Shown here piece by piece: positions 37,959 through 50,000 of a DNA stretch of 64,000 nucleotides; position 1 is the first letter of the stretch, and every line of letters begins with the position of its first letter. This stretch comes from Auanema rhodensis (Eukaryota; Animalia; Nematoda). The position numbers and the translations under genes were made by a program. The DNA lies in assembly GCA_964057225.1 (NCBI GenBank), contig OZ059898.1, forward strand, positions 16,368,001 through 16,432,000. Direction: 5' to 3'. The notes beneath the pieces were generated by a model, which was given only the letters and a program-made list of their open reading frames with translations, ran no database searches and had not been told where the DNA came from.

Positions 37959-38899
37959 ATGAATTTTGAATTTCTTCGAACTCTTCAAGGATTTACTAAT
38001 CTTCTTCAAGTTGTAAGTACAAATTGTTTCAAAAAATAAGTTTCAATGATAAAAATTAATTCAAAGAAGATGAAATTGATTTGAAAACTATATGCAAAAT
38101 GTAAATATAAGAGCTTATTTGCTTAAGCTAGCAAAATAGAAATCTTAAACAAATAAAAAGTATGGTAAGCCTATAAAATTTCTTGAATGCTAACTGATAA
38201 AAAATAACAAGAAAAGGCTATATTTTTAAAATTTTCAACATATTATAGTGTCTGGGATTTGCAGCCTTATTCGCTTGTTCCTTCATTTGGGCCGGAGGAA
38301 ATTTATTCTTCCAATTCGTCTACTCGGTAACTACTAAAACTGAAACTTCTTCTGTACTTGCTATGTTGTATCTTTTCAGGGTTATGGTTGGCAAACATTA
38401 ATTCTAATCATCTTATTTGTAACCTGGATCTTCGCTTTGTTGATTTTCCTTTCTAATTTATTCGAAAAGGATACAATCGGTCAATTAGGAAAAAAAAGAG
38501 TTTGTTTTAACTTCATAAGACAACATTTGGCAAAACATTGAGTCATCTTCCACTTTGACAATGTTTGAACTTGGCTATGACTAATCATGTTTTATCTTAA
38601 AATTTTAAAATAATTTTCTTCTTTTTACTTAATTCTAAATATTTTTTGACACATATTTTAGTTATTGATCTTATACACTATCTGTTTGATATCTCTGATT
38701 GTGGCTGCATCTTTAGAATCTTGGTACTCAACTAAAGTACTAAGCGCTGATTTATACAAAGGCCGATTCATTGCCGTCACGGTATGTTTCTTCTTAGATA
38801 AACATTTAACGATCATTATTAATGTGATTTTAGGTATTCTCATGGCTATTGGTAGTCAGTTATCTAGTCTTGATGGTTCTTACAGTATTCTTTGTTTAA
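37959..38899 (+). CDS. MARVEL-domain 4TM protein, 5 exons
   Basis: N-terminal MNFEFLRTLQGFTNLLQVCLG (typical MARVEL start), four hydrophobic helices, and GRFIAVTVFSWLLVVSY near the end. In-frame GT-AG introns. Confidence 0.8.
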
Positions 38900-39219
38900 A
38901 GCTTTATAGGTTATCAATGTATGAATTTAAATATAGATGAGAATATTTTTTTCTCGTTGAAATTCATGGAAATGAAAACTTAAAACTTCTTTCTTGACCT
39001 CACTTATTTTCCAATATGTATCTCAGACTCTGCTGTTCTGTGTATTTTCTTCTTTTTTTTTTCAAAACAATTATTGAATTTAGATATTGAAAAATATCTT
39101 CTTTAAATATTGTTGTTTTACTCTTTCTGTATTAAAATGAAAATAAATCATTTTATTGAGTACACGTATCAGCTATCTATGCCATTTGGTTTACAACAAT
39201 TGTATAATCATGAACCGAT

Positions 39220-40215
39220 TCAAACCATAACTGGGCCGGTAGTTGATTTACTACTGAAAATATGATCTTCGTCATCCTCCCCTGTAGCGAAGTTTGGATT
39301 GGGGAATGAAGTTGAAGAAGAGGAGTTCGTTTTGGGATCAGAACTGACCAGTGGAGGTCTTCCATTCTCCTGGAAGTTTATAAATAATAGAGTTATTCCA
39401 AAGAAAAGAAGTGAACCTCGAAAGAAATTGGTGGACGATTTGCTCGAGTTTTTCTATCAGCTGTCTTATCTTCAAAGTACGTATAACACGTAAGTAGAAC
39501 ATGTTGAGCCCAGGCAATAAAGGTTGTCATTGTTACCATAACAGCCAATATGAACAAAGCTGTAAATACAAATTAGTATTTCTACATTGTATTGGATGCA
39601 ATGAACTATCAGTGATCATTAATCAATTAAGACACTGTCCACGTTTGAAGCTAGCTAACCTATAATTATTTTCATCGATGTTGTTGTGCCTGGAATAGGT
39701 TCAATAAAATCATCATAGAGTGATGAATTTGGGAAAATCACACATACAGCAACCCGGAAAGTTGTTACAGCTCCAATTAGAAATGCCAAGAACTAAACAA
39801 GAAATATTGATTTCTGACAAGTAAAACTCTTATTCAAACCATTTGGAACATAAATGGAATCAGATATTTAGCATTTTCTTTTGATATAGCAACAATAGAA
39901 CATGAAGTTATTAATGTTTCAATAAGCTGAAAAATAAAAAAATAATTTTCTTCAAACAGAGTGGCAGAAGGAATACCTGGAAGAATGCATCGGAAAGTTT
40001 ATATTCATCATCAATTGAGTTAAAAAACGTTATGACGTTAACTATTTGGCAGAAAATAGAAAAACAAATAAGACCCAATAAAGCTAGCTGAAAGGTATCT
40101 GATAACTTATCATATCTGGAGCATGTAACTTCTTTAAACAAACCTTACAATGTATAGAACCACAACATGTGTAATAATTGAGGTTACTACGATCCAATAG
40201 AAACATACTAACCAT
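39220..40215 (-). CDS. Four-TM protein, LAPTM/MTP-like nematode family
   Basis: YYTCCGSIHCK before TM1, KENAKYLIPF after TM2, CYTYFEDK after TM4, and an acidic tail FPNPNFATGEDDEDHIF. Six exons splice in frame. Confidence 0.75.
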
Positions 40216-40887
40216 GATTTTTGTGAACTCTGAATTTAATAAATTATATTAAATATTACAAAGATATGAGAATTTTTACATAAAATATATAGCTTCCATT
40301 TCAATATTTTAACTATGATCAGAGAAATTTGAAACAAAAATTGAAAAAAATCTATAAATTAGAGCTCGGAATAATTGTCACAGAACAAGGAGACACGTCA
40401 TCCGACCATCGAAAAAGACAGCAGACTGAAAGATAACAGAAACATTATGAAAGAATACCATTATGAAGGAACACAATCAATAATTAACAGTTTATGAAGC
40501 TTCTAAGTTAATACCAGATTTGATAAGAAAATTATTAAAGATAATATCTATAAAGAGAAATTATAGTAATAAGTTGAGTAAAAACGATAAAAACTTATAT
40601 AAACGTATGCATATATGCATAATTAATTTTGTTGTATTGTTTCATTGACAAAACATTAAAAAAATAAATGCTCGCAGAATATTTCAAATTGTTTTACGCG
40701 CTAAATAACATTTGGGTATTTAATTTAAATATTCTAATAACATACAATCATATAAACAACAAACAATTTTTTAAATGTAAAGTAAAGTTCTGAAAATCTA
40801 TTTAAATTCAAATTATTCAAATTATCTTTCTTCATAGGTATGAAAACCTTCACAATTTCTCAGTTTTATGTATAAAATTGAAAGTAA

Positions 40888-40934
<47 letters not shown>
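40888..40934. repeat. (TAT)n microsatellite
   Basis: About 15 perfect TAT units. Confidence 0.96.
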
Positions 40935-40940
<6 letters not shown>

Positions 40941-41443
40941 AATAGTAAATATTAAGTTTATATTATTTCTTTCTTTCTTTCTTGATATATGTGTAAACGG
41001 ATCATCTAATTTGAATATTAGGATTTGATCCTGACTCTCACGTTACGCGTATCTTCTTAATTAGCATAAATCATTCAAATCATTATATTGGTATAAACAG
41101 TATAGTTTACTAATTGAAGATATTATGTGCTATTTGTATATATATAAGGATATATAATATAAAATATATAATTAGTATTAGTTATTGCTTATGTGCGTAT
41201 GTACCAAAGTTTAATTTCTAAAATACATTTCAAATCTAAGCTTCAGTTCAAGTTCAAATTTTTTATATTGTAACTCAAAACGTTTTAATGAGAATCGAAA
41301 TAGATTTATAACATCATACATCGATTATAATTAGCTTCGTTTGGCTGGTTATCTCCTCATCGAGTAGCACACATGATCAAGCTTTCTCTTTGAAATGCCG
41401 ATTTGTAAGGTTTATTCTATGTGCCATCCCTTACTAGGCTGTC

Positions 41444-41883
41444 ATGCTTTATGACATATTCCTTGCCATGGTTTCAGGATTTTATTCAAATTCAACTACA
41501 GTTACAGCTTCATCAAGTGAGGATAATGCTTCTATAATACAGATTGCAATCGTTGTTGGTAACTATTGACTTCAAAAACCTTATCATTCAGTGACAATGT
41601 TAAGGTTTAGTTATTGGGTGTCCAATTGTATTCATTCTGATTATCTGTTTCATTCAAAGGAGAAGCATGCAAATGTTGGAAGAAGAATTATACCAACAAC
41701 AAAATCATCGTCGAAATACTTTACCTGCTTCGTGAGTGAACAGTACAAATAGAATTTTTCTAAAAAATAATAATTTTATTTCACTATAGATACCGTAAGC
41801 AGCTGGTAAGAAATAGCGTTCGTGATTCAAATCTTACAGATGAAGTAGAAGAACAAGATGATGTAATGATCACTCAATTTTAA
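41444..41883 (+). CDS. Orphan small single-pass membrane protein (~110 aa, 3 exons)
   Basis: ATG follows a ttactag acceptor. Introns 41559-41604 and ~41732-41789 give MLYDIFLAMVSGFYSNSTTVTASSSEDNAS-IIQIAIVVGLVIGCPIVFILIICFI-QRR…RRNTLP…EQDDVMITQF*. AATAAA lies downstream. Confidence 0.72.
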
Positions 41884-44529
41884 AAAATAATTTTTCTTGT
41901 ATTAAGAAAGTAAACTATACGTGTTATTTATTATTTAATATATATATAAATCTAAATCTAAGTTACTATAATTGGTTATTTATCTATATTTCATAATACA
42001 TGTATTCATTAATAAAATATTTATTTTATACTGTTTAAATAAAAATTATCTTTTCTCCTTTTTTCTTAAAATTTCTAAATGTTATTATTCCAAGAAATGA
42101 TCTATCAGTATTATAGAAATTTAACAGAAAATGGTCATCATTATTGGTTTCTTGAAGATTTAACAGATTAATACAAAAGACATGGAAGTAGTTTTCCGGT
42201 CGTAAGAGAAAATCTAGGAACGGAAATGTATCTTCCGGATAACATTAACATCGAAGTGTATGACTTCTAATCAATCTTACATAAATTAGACTAAGCATTA
42301 TAAGAGTACAACAAATTGCACATCATCTTAATATACATATATCTGTATTAAGAAAATTTTTTACCATTTTTTAAGGATAACATTTCATCATTTCTTAATC
42401 TTTTTGTACTTTTATATTCAGCTTATATAATATTATGTATGAATAAAATCTTTATGATCTTTTTACTTGTATTTTATATTATATACATAGATACATACAT
42501 TTATTCATTCATGTATACATATATTATATGATAACTCATCTCTACTAATTCGTCAAAATATTCTAATTTGTTTTCTCATATTCCCTTATGATTTTGATCA
42601 TAAAGTATTGAAAAACCAGATGTATTGTATATGCTTCTCCTTTTTTTTTATAAAATTGCAGATTAAAGTCACCTGCTCCATTATATACCTATTCTAAAAC
42701 TTTGGAAAATTATCCAAATTTATGAAAAATGTTATAAAATTGATCATTAAAACAAAAAAAAAAGACAATCATTGTCAGTCTTTAGTTTTATCATTTCAAC
42801 AAGCATATTCAGTTATAGTAACGGTTATCGTCATTGTTGTGCACATCAGATGCCAAGATATGTAGCCGGTAGTGCCGTGCAAAAGCTATCTGTAAGCAAG
42901 CAGATGCGGAAGAAAGCATAATGGGACTGAAGAATATGATGGGCTTAGCCATTTGGTTACCCAACCACACATGTTTCTGTCGTCCGAAACCAAAAAAAAG
43001 ACATTCATAATGAGCTCTAGAAGCTATGGTTTTTACATTTTGTATTATCTATACTTTTTTTTTATCAAATATACCACTTCCCTTTTCTCTCTCCGGCTAT
43101 ATTTCTTCATTCAATTTCCATGTTTTATATGTCATTCTCTCTCTATCTCTCATGAAAACTTTATCCCTTCCCACTCTAATTTTTTCTTTTTCTCAAACTC
43201 TTTATCTCGTCTTCTATACCTTTTTCTTTTTTCGTTTGCTCCCTCTAACTTTCTTCTTTCTCACCCTTACCTCTAGTATATTTGAATCTCAGCTTATTCT
43301 GTATCTTGTCTTGTAATTACTTACCTACTACCTCCATACACACATACATATATGCATATTTTCTTTCTTTCTGTCCCCCCCCTTGCCTACCCCTCGAGAT
43401 ATTAGTCATTTACACCAATAATCTATTTTCTCTTATTAGTAAATTGACTCAAAGTTACTCAATTCCTGGTTCAAATGATCAACATTTACATTTGATTTTA
43501 AATATAATTCTTATTTATTCGAAAACATCACACATGTACATCTTCGCAATATTCTAGATGTATTTTCATAGCAGTATTTTATAAATTTTACAATTATCAA
43601 CTAGATTCGCTGTTTTGAATCAACCGCACTGTGGAGACATGTAGTAGAAATGAAAAATCAACCTTGATTTACACACCCACGTGTAATTTCACGCTTACAC
43701 AATTATAAATAAGACATTTTTTAAATTCGAATCGTTTCGATATAATGTTATTATAAAAATTATAAAAAACAAAAATTGCTAGATCTTACTAAGAAATGAT
43801 TATCATCCCTTTTATCTAGTTGACTTCATTGATTCTTGATATACATAAGTTGTAGTTCATCTATCACACTCACCGTTAAATCGTACTCTGGACAGCTGAA
43901 ATGTAGCTTACTTACAAATTCAGCAAAGATCATATAGAGTTTAAGCTGTACAAGCTAAACACGAATATGTTAGTACTCGAAACTACAAAATTAATCAAAA
44001 ATTTGTTCTTTTTATTACAAATTTGTTTCATTTATCGAGTTGGTCCTCTATGGCAATTCATTGCAATTTACATTCCTCATACGATTTGTATCAACTTTTA
44101 ACTATACATGTATACATATATATTATATATAAATTATTATATAGATACCATACTAAATATGTATATAGAATCAACAATTTTTTGAAAAGCCTTTTAATTT
44201 GTCATAGAAATTATAGTTTTATTCATTTTTAAACTTTTGAGATAATTCAATAGAGATTAGTATTGTGTATGCTTCAATAGTATATAAGAAAACTTTTGTT
44301 CTCATTAGTTTTCAGTAATATTAGTTAAAACCATAACAAGATCATTTGCTTTTCAGAAAAGTCTACTGAAGTTTGTTACAGTTTCACGTTCTTCCTTTCT
44401 TTTGGCTTCTATTCCTCTGATACCAAAAATCAACCTCTTACTGACCCCTTTCCATATTCTGATGCATAGAATCGTTGTTGCTCAAACCTTCATCAAGCCA
44501 AAGACAATCTCTGTGCATTGTGCTGATGT

Positions 44530-45290
44530 CTAACCATCATGCCGATTGACCGGCTTTTGGTCCCTTTAGTGATGAAACGTCGTATTCTATCGCCGCGGAG
44601 CACAATCAGTGCCATTACTGAGTCGTCTCTTGGTAAGCTGGGCCCAGTGAATCCATCAGTTCTTCGTCGGCCAGTTGGACGGACAGATCATCGTCGTTGG
44701 TGCTTTCGAGTGAGACAGTGCGAAGAAACAAGTCTAAGATGGAGAGAGCACTAGCGAGTAACTGAGAATAAATGGAAAGAACGACAGTGTAGAAGAGAGA
44801 ACCAGACACAAAAGAGAAGCTGTAGTAGCCCTGAAGGCAATAGGAACTGAACCCCGCCCATTTTCTCTAGTGCCGTGTGCTGTTCTTGTGTCGAGATCAA
44901 GCTCCGCCCTTATGTATGTCTGCTTGCAAGCGTAAAGATTATAAGGAAATGAGAGAGAGGAAGAGATGACAAGCAGCAAAGCAGGAGAGGAGTCTGAGTG
45001 GGGCCTGTGCTGCTTGTGGGGTGGGTGCGGCCAGAGCAGGAGAAAGGAGAGGAAGAGGCCGAGGGGGCGGTAGACGATCCTGCGGTCGTCGCCGCGCTGC
45101 CGCTTCGCTTCCTGGCTAGCCAATCCAGTCCTACGCCCCCCTTTCCTTTCCCACTTATTTCCATCTGCCGGCTGGTCTGTCATGGTCTGTCGGAAGCCCC
45201 AGCTTTTGGTCCCACACCGAGTGGCTTAACCCCTTACTCAGTAGCTTGTCCAATCGACAAGAACTCAAACGGCTACCAACCACCTAATCA
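44530..45290. promoter_or_regulatory. GC/CpG-rich island, probable distal promoter of the downstream zinc-finger gene
   Basis: Sharp rise in GC within AT-rich flanks. GC boxes CCCCGCCC (~44852), CTCCGCCC (~44902) and GGGGGCGG (~45063), and a CCAAT box AGCCAATC (~45117). No credible spliced ORF. Confidence 0.6.
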
Positions 45291-46312
45291 AGTTTTTTCA
45301 TGCTCAGTTGTTGTACGGTATTATTCAAGTGTTGTTCGTAAATTTGAATTGCATGCTTTTCTGAAGATATTTTATGCTTATTCTTTGTTTTCTTTATTAT
45401 TTTTGTTTATTTCACGTGATTGAACGATAATTGCCCTAATTTTCATTTCAACCAGATTAACAGATTGCTTAATAATTCGACTATTTCTATATATTCAGTC
45501 AAACTTTCTATTACTCAAAATATTCAGTCGCTAAATAATTCCGAAACATCATCACGAGACTCTCATCCAACCACATCCTTACGTCCGTTCGTCCATCCGA
45601 CGACATCACAGGCTGTATCCGAGCTTCAAGTCGTCACCATCGAAGACAACTGTTCCAGTCAACCATTCGGTCAACTATCTTTTACTTCATCTCATTTTCC
45701 CATCTCTTATTCTCTCATCTTTTTACCTTCTCCCTAAGCTCTCTTCCATCTCCTTCCGACATAGACCGGCCCCCACAAAACAGAGCACAGCAACTGTTTC
45801 GGCGTGTCGTCGTCAGGTTCGGGCGACTATTCAGTATCTTTACAATAATATCTTTAGCATAGCTTCATCAACAACGTTCTTACTAGAATTTGTCTATTCT
45901 ATTCAACAGTCCCTTTTTTTTCCAGATTTCTCAAAAGTTTTATGAATAGATCTCATATAACAGTTAATACAGTTATAATTCCTAGTCCAAAAGCAATTAA
46001 GCTTAAATGGCTTCAATGATCATATTTAATGATTACCAAGAAACAGCACGATCGGTCCAATAATCAAAGCTTGTATTCTGATTAATTTTAAATATCACAA
46101 GTTCAAGTTATATATTTCTGAACTCATAAGTCCATTTCATTCTATCCAGTCGACAAAAATGGAGGTTGTATATAATTCCTCGTTCTGTTCCTTTAATTAT
46201 AAAAACTCATTTTTGATCTCCTGTACTTTAACTTTACCTTGTGGGCTTGAATCAAATCTTGTTGAAACCATTTCCGCGTAACTATTAACTAAGAGATATG
46301 AGATTTGTGATA

Positions 46313-46330
46313 ATAGAAAGAAAGAAAGAA

Positions 46331-46395
<65 letters not shown>

Positions 46396-46445
46396 AAGTA
46401 AGAAAGAAAGAAAGAAAGAGAGAGAGATAGAGAGAAAGAAAGAGA
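46313..46445. repeat. (GA)n microsatellite inside a GAAA-rich polypurine tract
   Basis: About 26 perfect AG units (46339-46391) flanked by GAAA repeats. It explains the three Ser/Leu-repeat ORFs on the minus strand. Confidence 0.97.
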
Positions 46446-47098
46446 TTGAGAATGGATGAATGAATGAAAGGTAAGCTGTACCAAAGAAGATAATGAAGTG
46501 ATAATGAAAGCATGAAAGAAAAATGAACATGACTGTGAGAGAAAACAAGAAGAAGAGAGGGAGAGAAAGAGAGGCAGAGACAGATGGTACAGAGAATCTG
46601 AAAAGGACACAGAAAGCAGTCTAATCCTATATACAGTTTGTACTCTGCTGCATATTGCCAGTTTCTAGCTTCTCTTCGATTTTCTGTCAACGACGTCCGG
46701 AGGGAATTGCCTATGTGAGTGTGCACGGGCTGTTCTTTTACAATATCTACTTGCCAACCTCACTCTCTATTTTTTGCTTTCTCTCTCTTCTTCTGCTTCA
46801 CAGTCTCGATATTTCTTCTTCTTACACGATCTGCTTATATCGGTATTTTGTTGTGAGTTTATTCATGCATGTAATCGCAATTTTAAAAATGTTCTTTTTA
46901 TATAATTTCTACTATTAAATATATTCTTCATATTTTATTCATTCTTATTAATTTATTCTATTTTATATTCTTCAAAATCAAACTTTATTAGCTTCAGGTC
47001 GTCATAGGCAGCTTCTTCGGTTGTTGTCCGAGCGTCGTCCTCACAAAACTGCAGCTCGTCGGCTCACCGGTCGTTGTTTCAAGTCGTTCTAAGGCCGA

Positions 47099-50000
47099 AT
47101 GGTCGACGTAGCTTCGATTCAGGAGATGTTGTCAGATCCCGTTACTTGTAATCAGTGCCCTAAAACTTTCAACACAGTCAAGCTACTCCAGCAACATCAG
47201 CAGATGTTCCACACGGATAAGGTAAATTTGATTTTCACACTTTCTGTCCCAAAACCGTTTACACACGAAAAAATGCAATGATGGTATGTCAAATAGAAAA
47301 CATAGTGAAAACTTCATGTTTATTCTTTTAATGTGCTTTCATCATAAAAGGCTTAGTTTTCACATTCCCTGATTCAGTAACTATATTCGTACTACATATT
47401 CTGTTACTTATTCTCTTCACTGTACCTATAGAAGTATCCCAATTTCATATATAAACTTAAACGATCTACCGTATTCTTTTCCTATTTCTATCAAGAACCA
47501 ATTTCATCAAACTACACCTGTTCTCGTTTTCATCTCTTTACCTTGATGCCATTAGTTAAACATGTAAATGGTGCGTGATAGATTTCTTTCAAACATTCTT
47601 ATATCATAACGGATAAAAACAAGAGAGTGTGTTATATATGGAGATAGTTAGAGAAGCAGAGAAAGATATATATATACAGAAAGAGAGTAAAGCTAATTTT
47701 GAAGCTGTCTGTCAGCAGAAATGCTACCTGCTCATCCGATTCAATAGAATCATCATCTTAAACACATATAGGGGCATAAAATGACCCTTTGCACGAAAGC
47801 CAGATGGCAAATGATTCTCTTATTCGTGCTCCCTCTCGCTCTATCTCTTTTTCATTCTCTCTCATTCTCTTATCTCTCTATTGCTCTTACTGCCTTTTCA
47901 TTTCTTTCCCTGTATGCATTGTGGACATAATCGCCTTCTGTACAATTTAATTTTCCTAAACAACAGATACCGTAATGAGACTAGGCAGGAATACAGTGGA
48001 AATGTAGGCAACAATATCCTACCTATCCAGATTAATTTCCCACATTCATTTATACTTTATGCTGGACTAGCAGTCACTTGTTATCTCTAAAACATCTGAT
48101 GTTCGTTAGTACAGTGTGAAGATATCAAGTGATTTTTGACAGTTCCGAGCAACTGCAGCCGAGATAAACAGGAATTATTCCCTTCAGTTTTTAGCTACAT
48201 GTTCTATCTGCTTGACTCAATTGGAGAGCAGCTGTTCAGTGTCCGAACTCGGTTCTGTTCAATCTATCTACCGATAACTCTTTCATTTTATCTTAACTAC
48301 TAGCACCTTCACATATGAGACCTCCCACCTCTTTTTCTCTATTTTCTCTTCGTTTCTTGTATTCTTCTTTCATACAACTTCGAAAAATAGCAGGATATGA
48401 AGAAAAGAGGGAGAGAAGCAGACGTGGGGTAGCTGTAGTATTGATGTTGTAAGCCAGCTGCCAGCCATATGTCCTCGTCCCCTTCTTTACCACCCAACAA
48501 CCAATTTGATCTGAGTCTGTCTGCACTCACTCGAAACGTTCCTATCTCTCACAAGCACAAAAATGGTTAGGTTGGTCACGCTTCGAATGTCTTGAATCGT
48601 AATTAGAAACCATGCAATAATCACCTCTGCTGTACAGATCTTCAGGACTCTTCAACCATGGTTCTCCGACATCTTAAGCTTCCCATCATCTATCCGACAA
48701 TCTATCCTCTCTTTGCCTTGCTCTCTTTTCTTCTCCTTTTTCGAGAAGCCAGTCTCATTTCGTTTATGAAGGAAGCCCATTAAGCAAGGCAGAAAGTCCC
48801 TTCTGATACCGTCAGCCATAATTCGAAATTGATTGTAATGACTTCATTAGTGTTTACATCGAAAAATAGAATTATGTTGGAAAACGGAATTGCTTCATTC
48901 AAGAAATGCATAAAAGGCTTTACAGTTCTTGTCAAGTTCCCCCAAAACAAGCAGTTTAACCGCTTCCTCATCCCCTTGTTCACAATAGTATTGGTTGCAA
49001 TTCTACCACAACCGACTATGGAACATCCTTTACATCACTCACAGCACTGTCACTACCAGCAACAATTATAATCAAAAGCTGAAACATTTTCATGTTCAAA
49101 AATTGGAATATAAAAGCTTATATTGAAAGAATTGTCGAGAGAGATATAGTGACAGGTAGAGAGAAAGAGAAGGATAGTGTGAGATATAGGGAGACCAGAA
49201 GACTACTATTTTTATTCATACACACATAGGCAGTTATTAAGTAAACCGGAGGGCAATAGCGCCCCCGCGAGAGACCAGCTTTCCATTCTCGTTACCACGG
49301 TGACTGTAGTATGTATGAAAAGGCGAAGAGCATGAGAAAGAGCCAGTTATGACAAGTAACAGCAGACTGACAGAAAATCAAAAACTGAATGAAATCATCT
49401 GGTTTGTCTATGTGCAGTTCTTAATATAAAAAATTGGAAATATAATGGGACTGTGCTATCCAATAGTTTTTCTGTGTCAATGTGTTATTTATCTGGGAAC
49501 GTAGATTGAAAGCAGGCAAGGTTTAACTTTCTGCTGTAAAACTACAGTTGGTATCGACCAGGCAATGAAGTTACGAATAACCTACAATCTTTTTCACTAT
49601 CATCATCTAGTTTTTCCTTTCTTCTATGCTCTAGTACTATTACTTTATGCTTCTCCTGTTGATGTAAGCATTTCTCATTCTTCCTCTACTACTGCTGTCA
49701 GTTGAAGCCTATCCACCAGTAGAGCTTGCCTTTCTTCCTCTCTGTTTTCCTATTCAACTTTTCGATCTAGCGACAGCAGTAACAGCAGAGGGTCCCCATC
49801 TCTTCTGTCCTGCCTTCGGCTACCGATTGGTTGACAGCTGACAACAGACAAGTCGTCGGTTTCTGTCTTCTGTTGGTTCGGCTATTTTCACTTCAGCTAT
49901 ATGCGCTTCAAGCTGAGTTAATTACATTTCGATATGTCATCTGCCTGTTGCACAAGAATATCAAAGTAAAGACTCATCTGGCAGACTGATGTCATGCTCA

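Noticed and set aside
39532-39545. X-box-like GTTACCATAACAGC
   Set aside because: It is mismatched and lies within a coding exon.
44539-45737. Several 64-149 aa ORFs on both strands in the GC island
   Set aside because: Expected from stop-codon scarcity at higher GC. No domain and no consistent exon structure.
46197-46726. Three overlapping minus-strand ORFs with SLSLSL repeats
   Set aside because: These are translations of the (GA)n microsatellite and polypurine tract.
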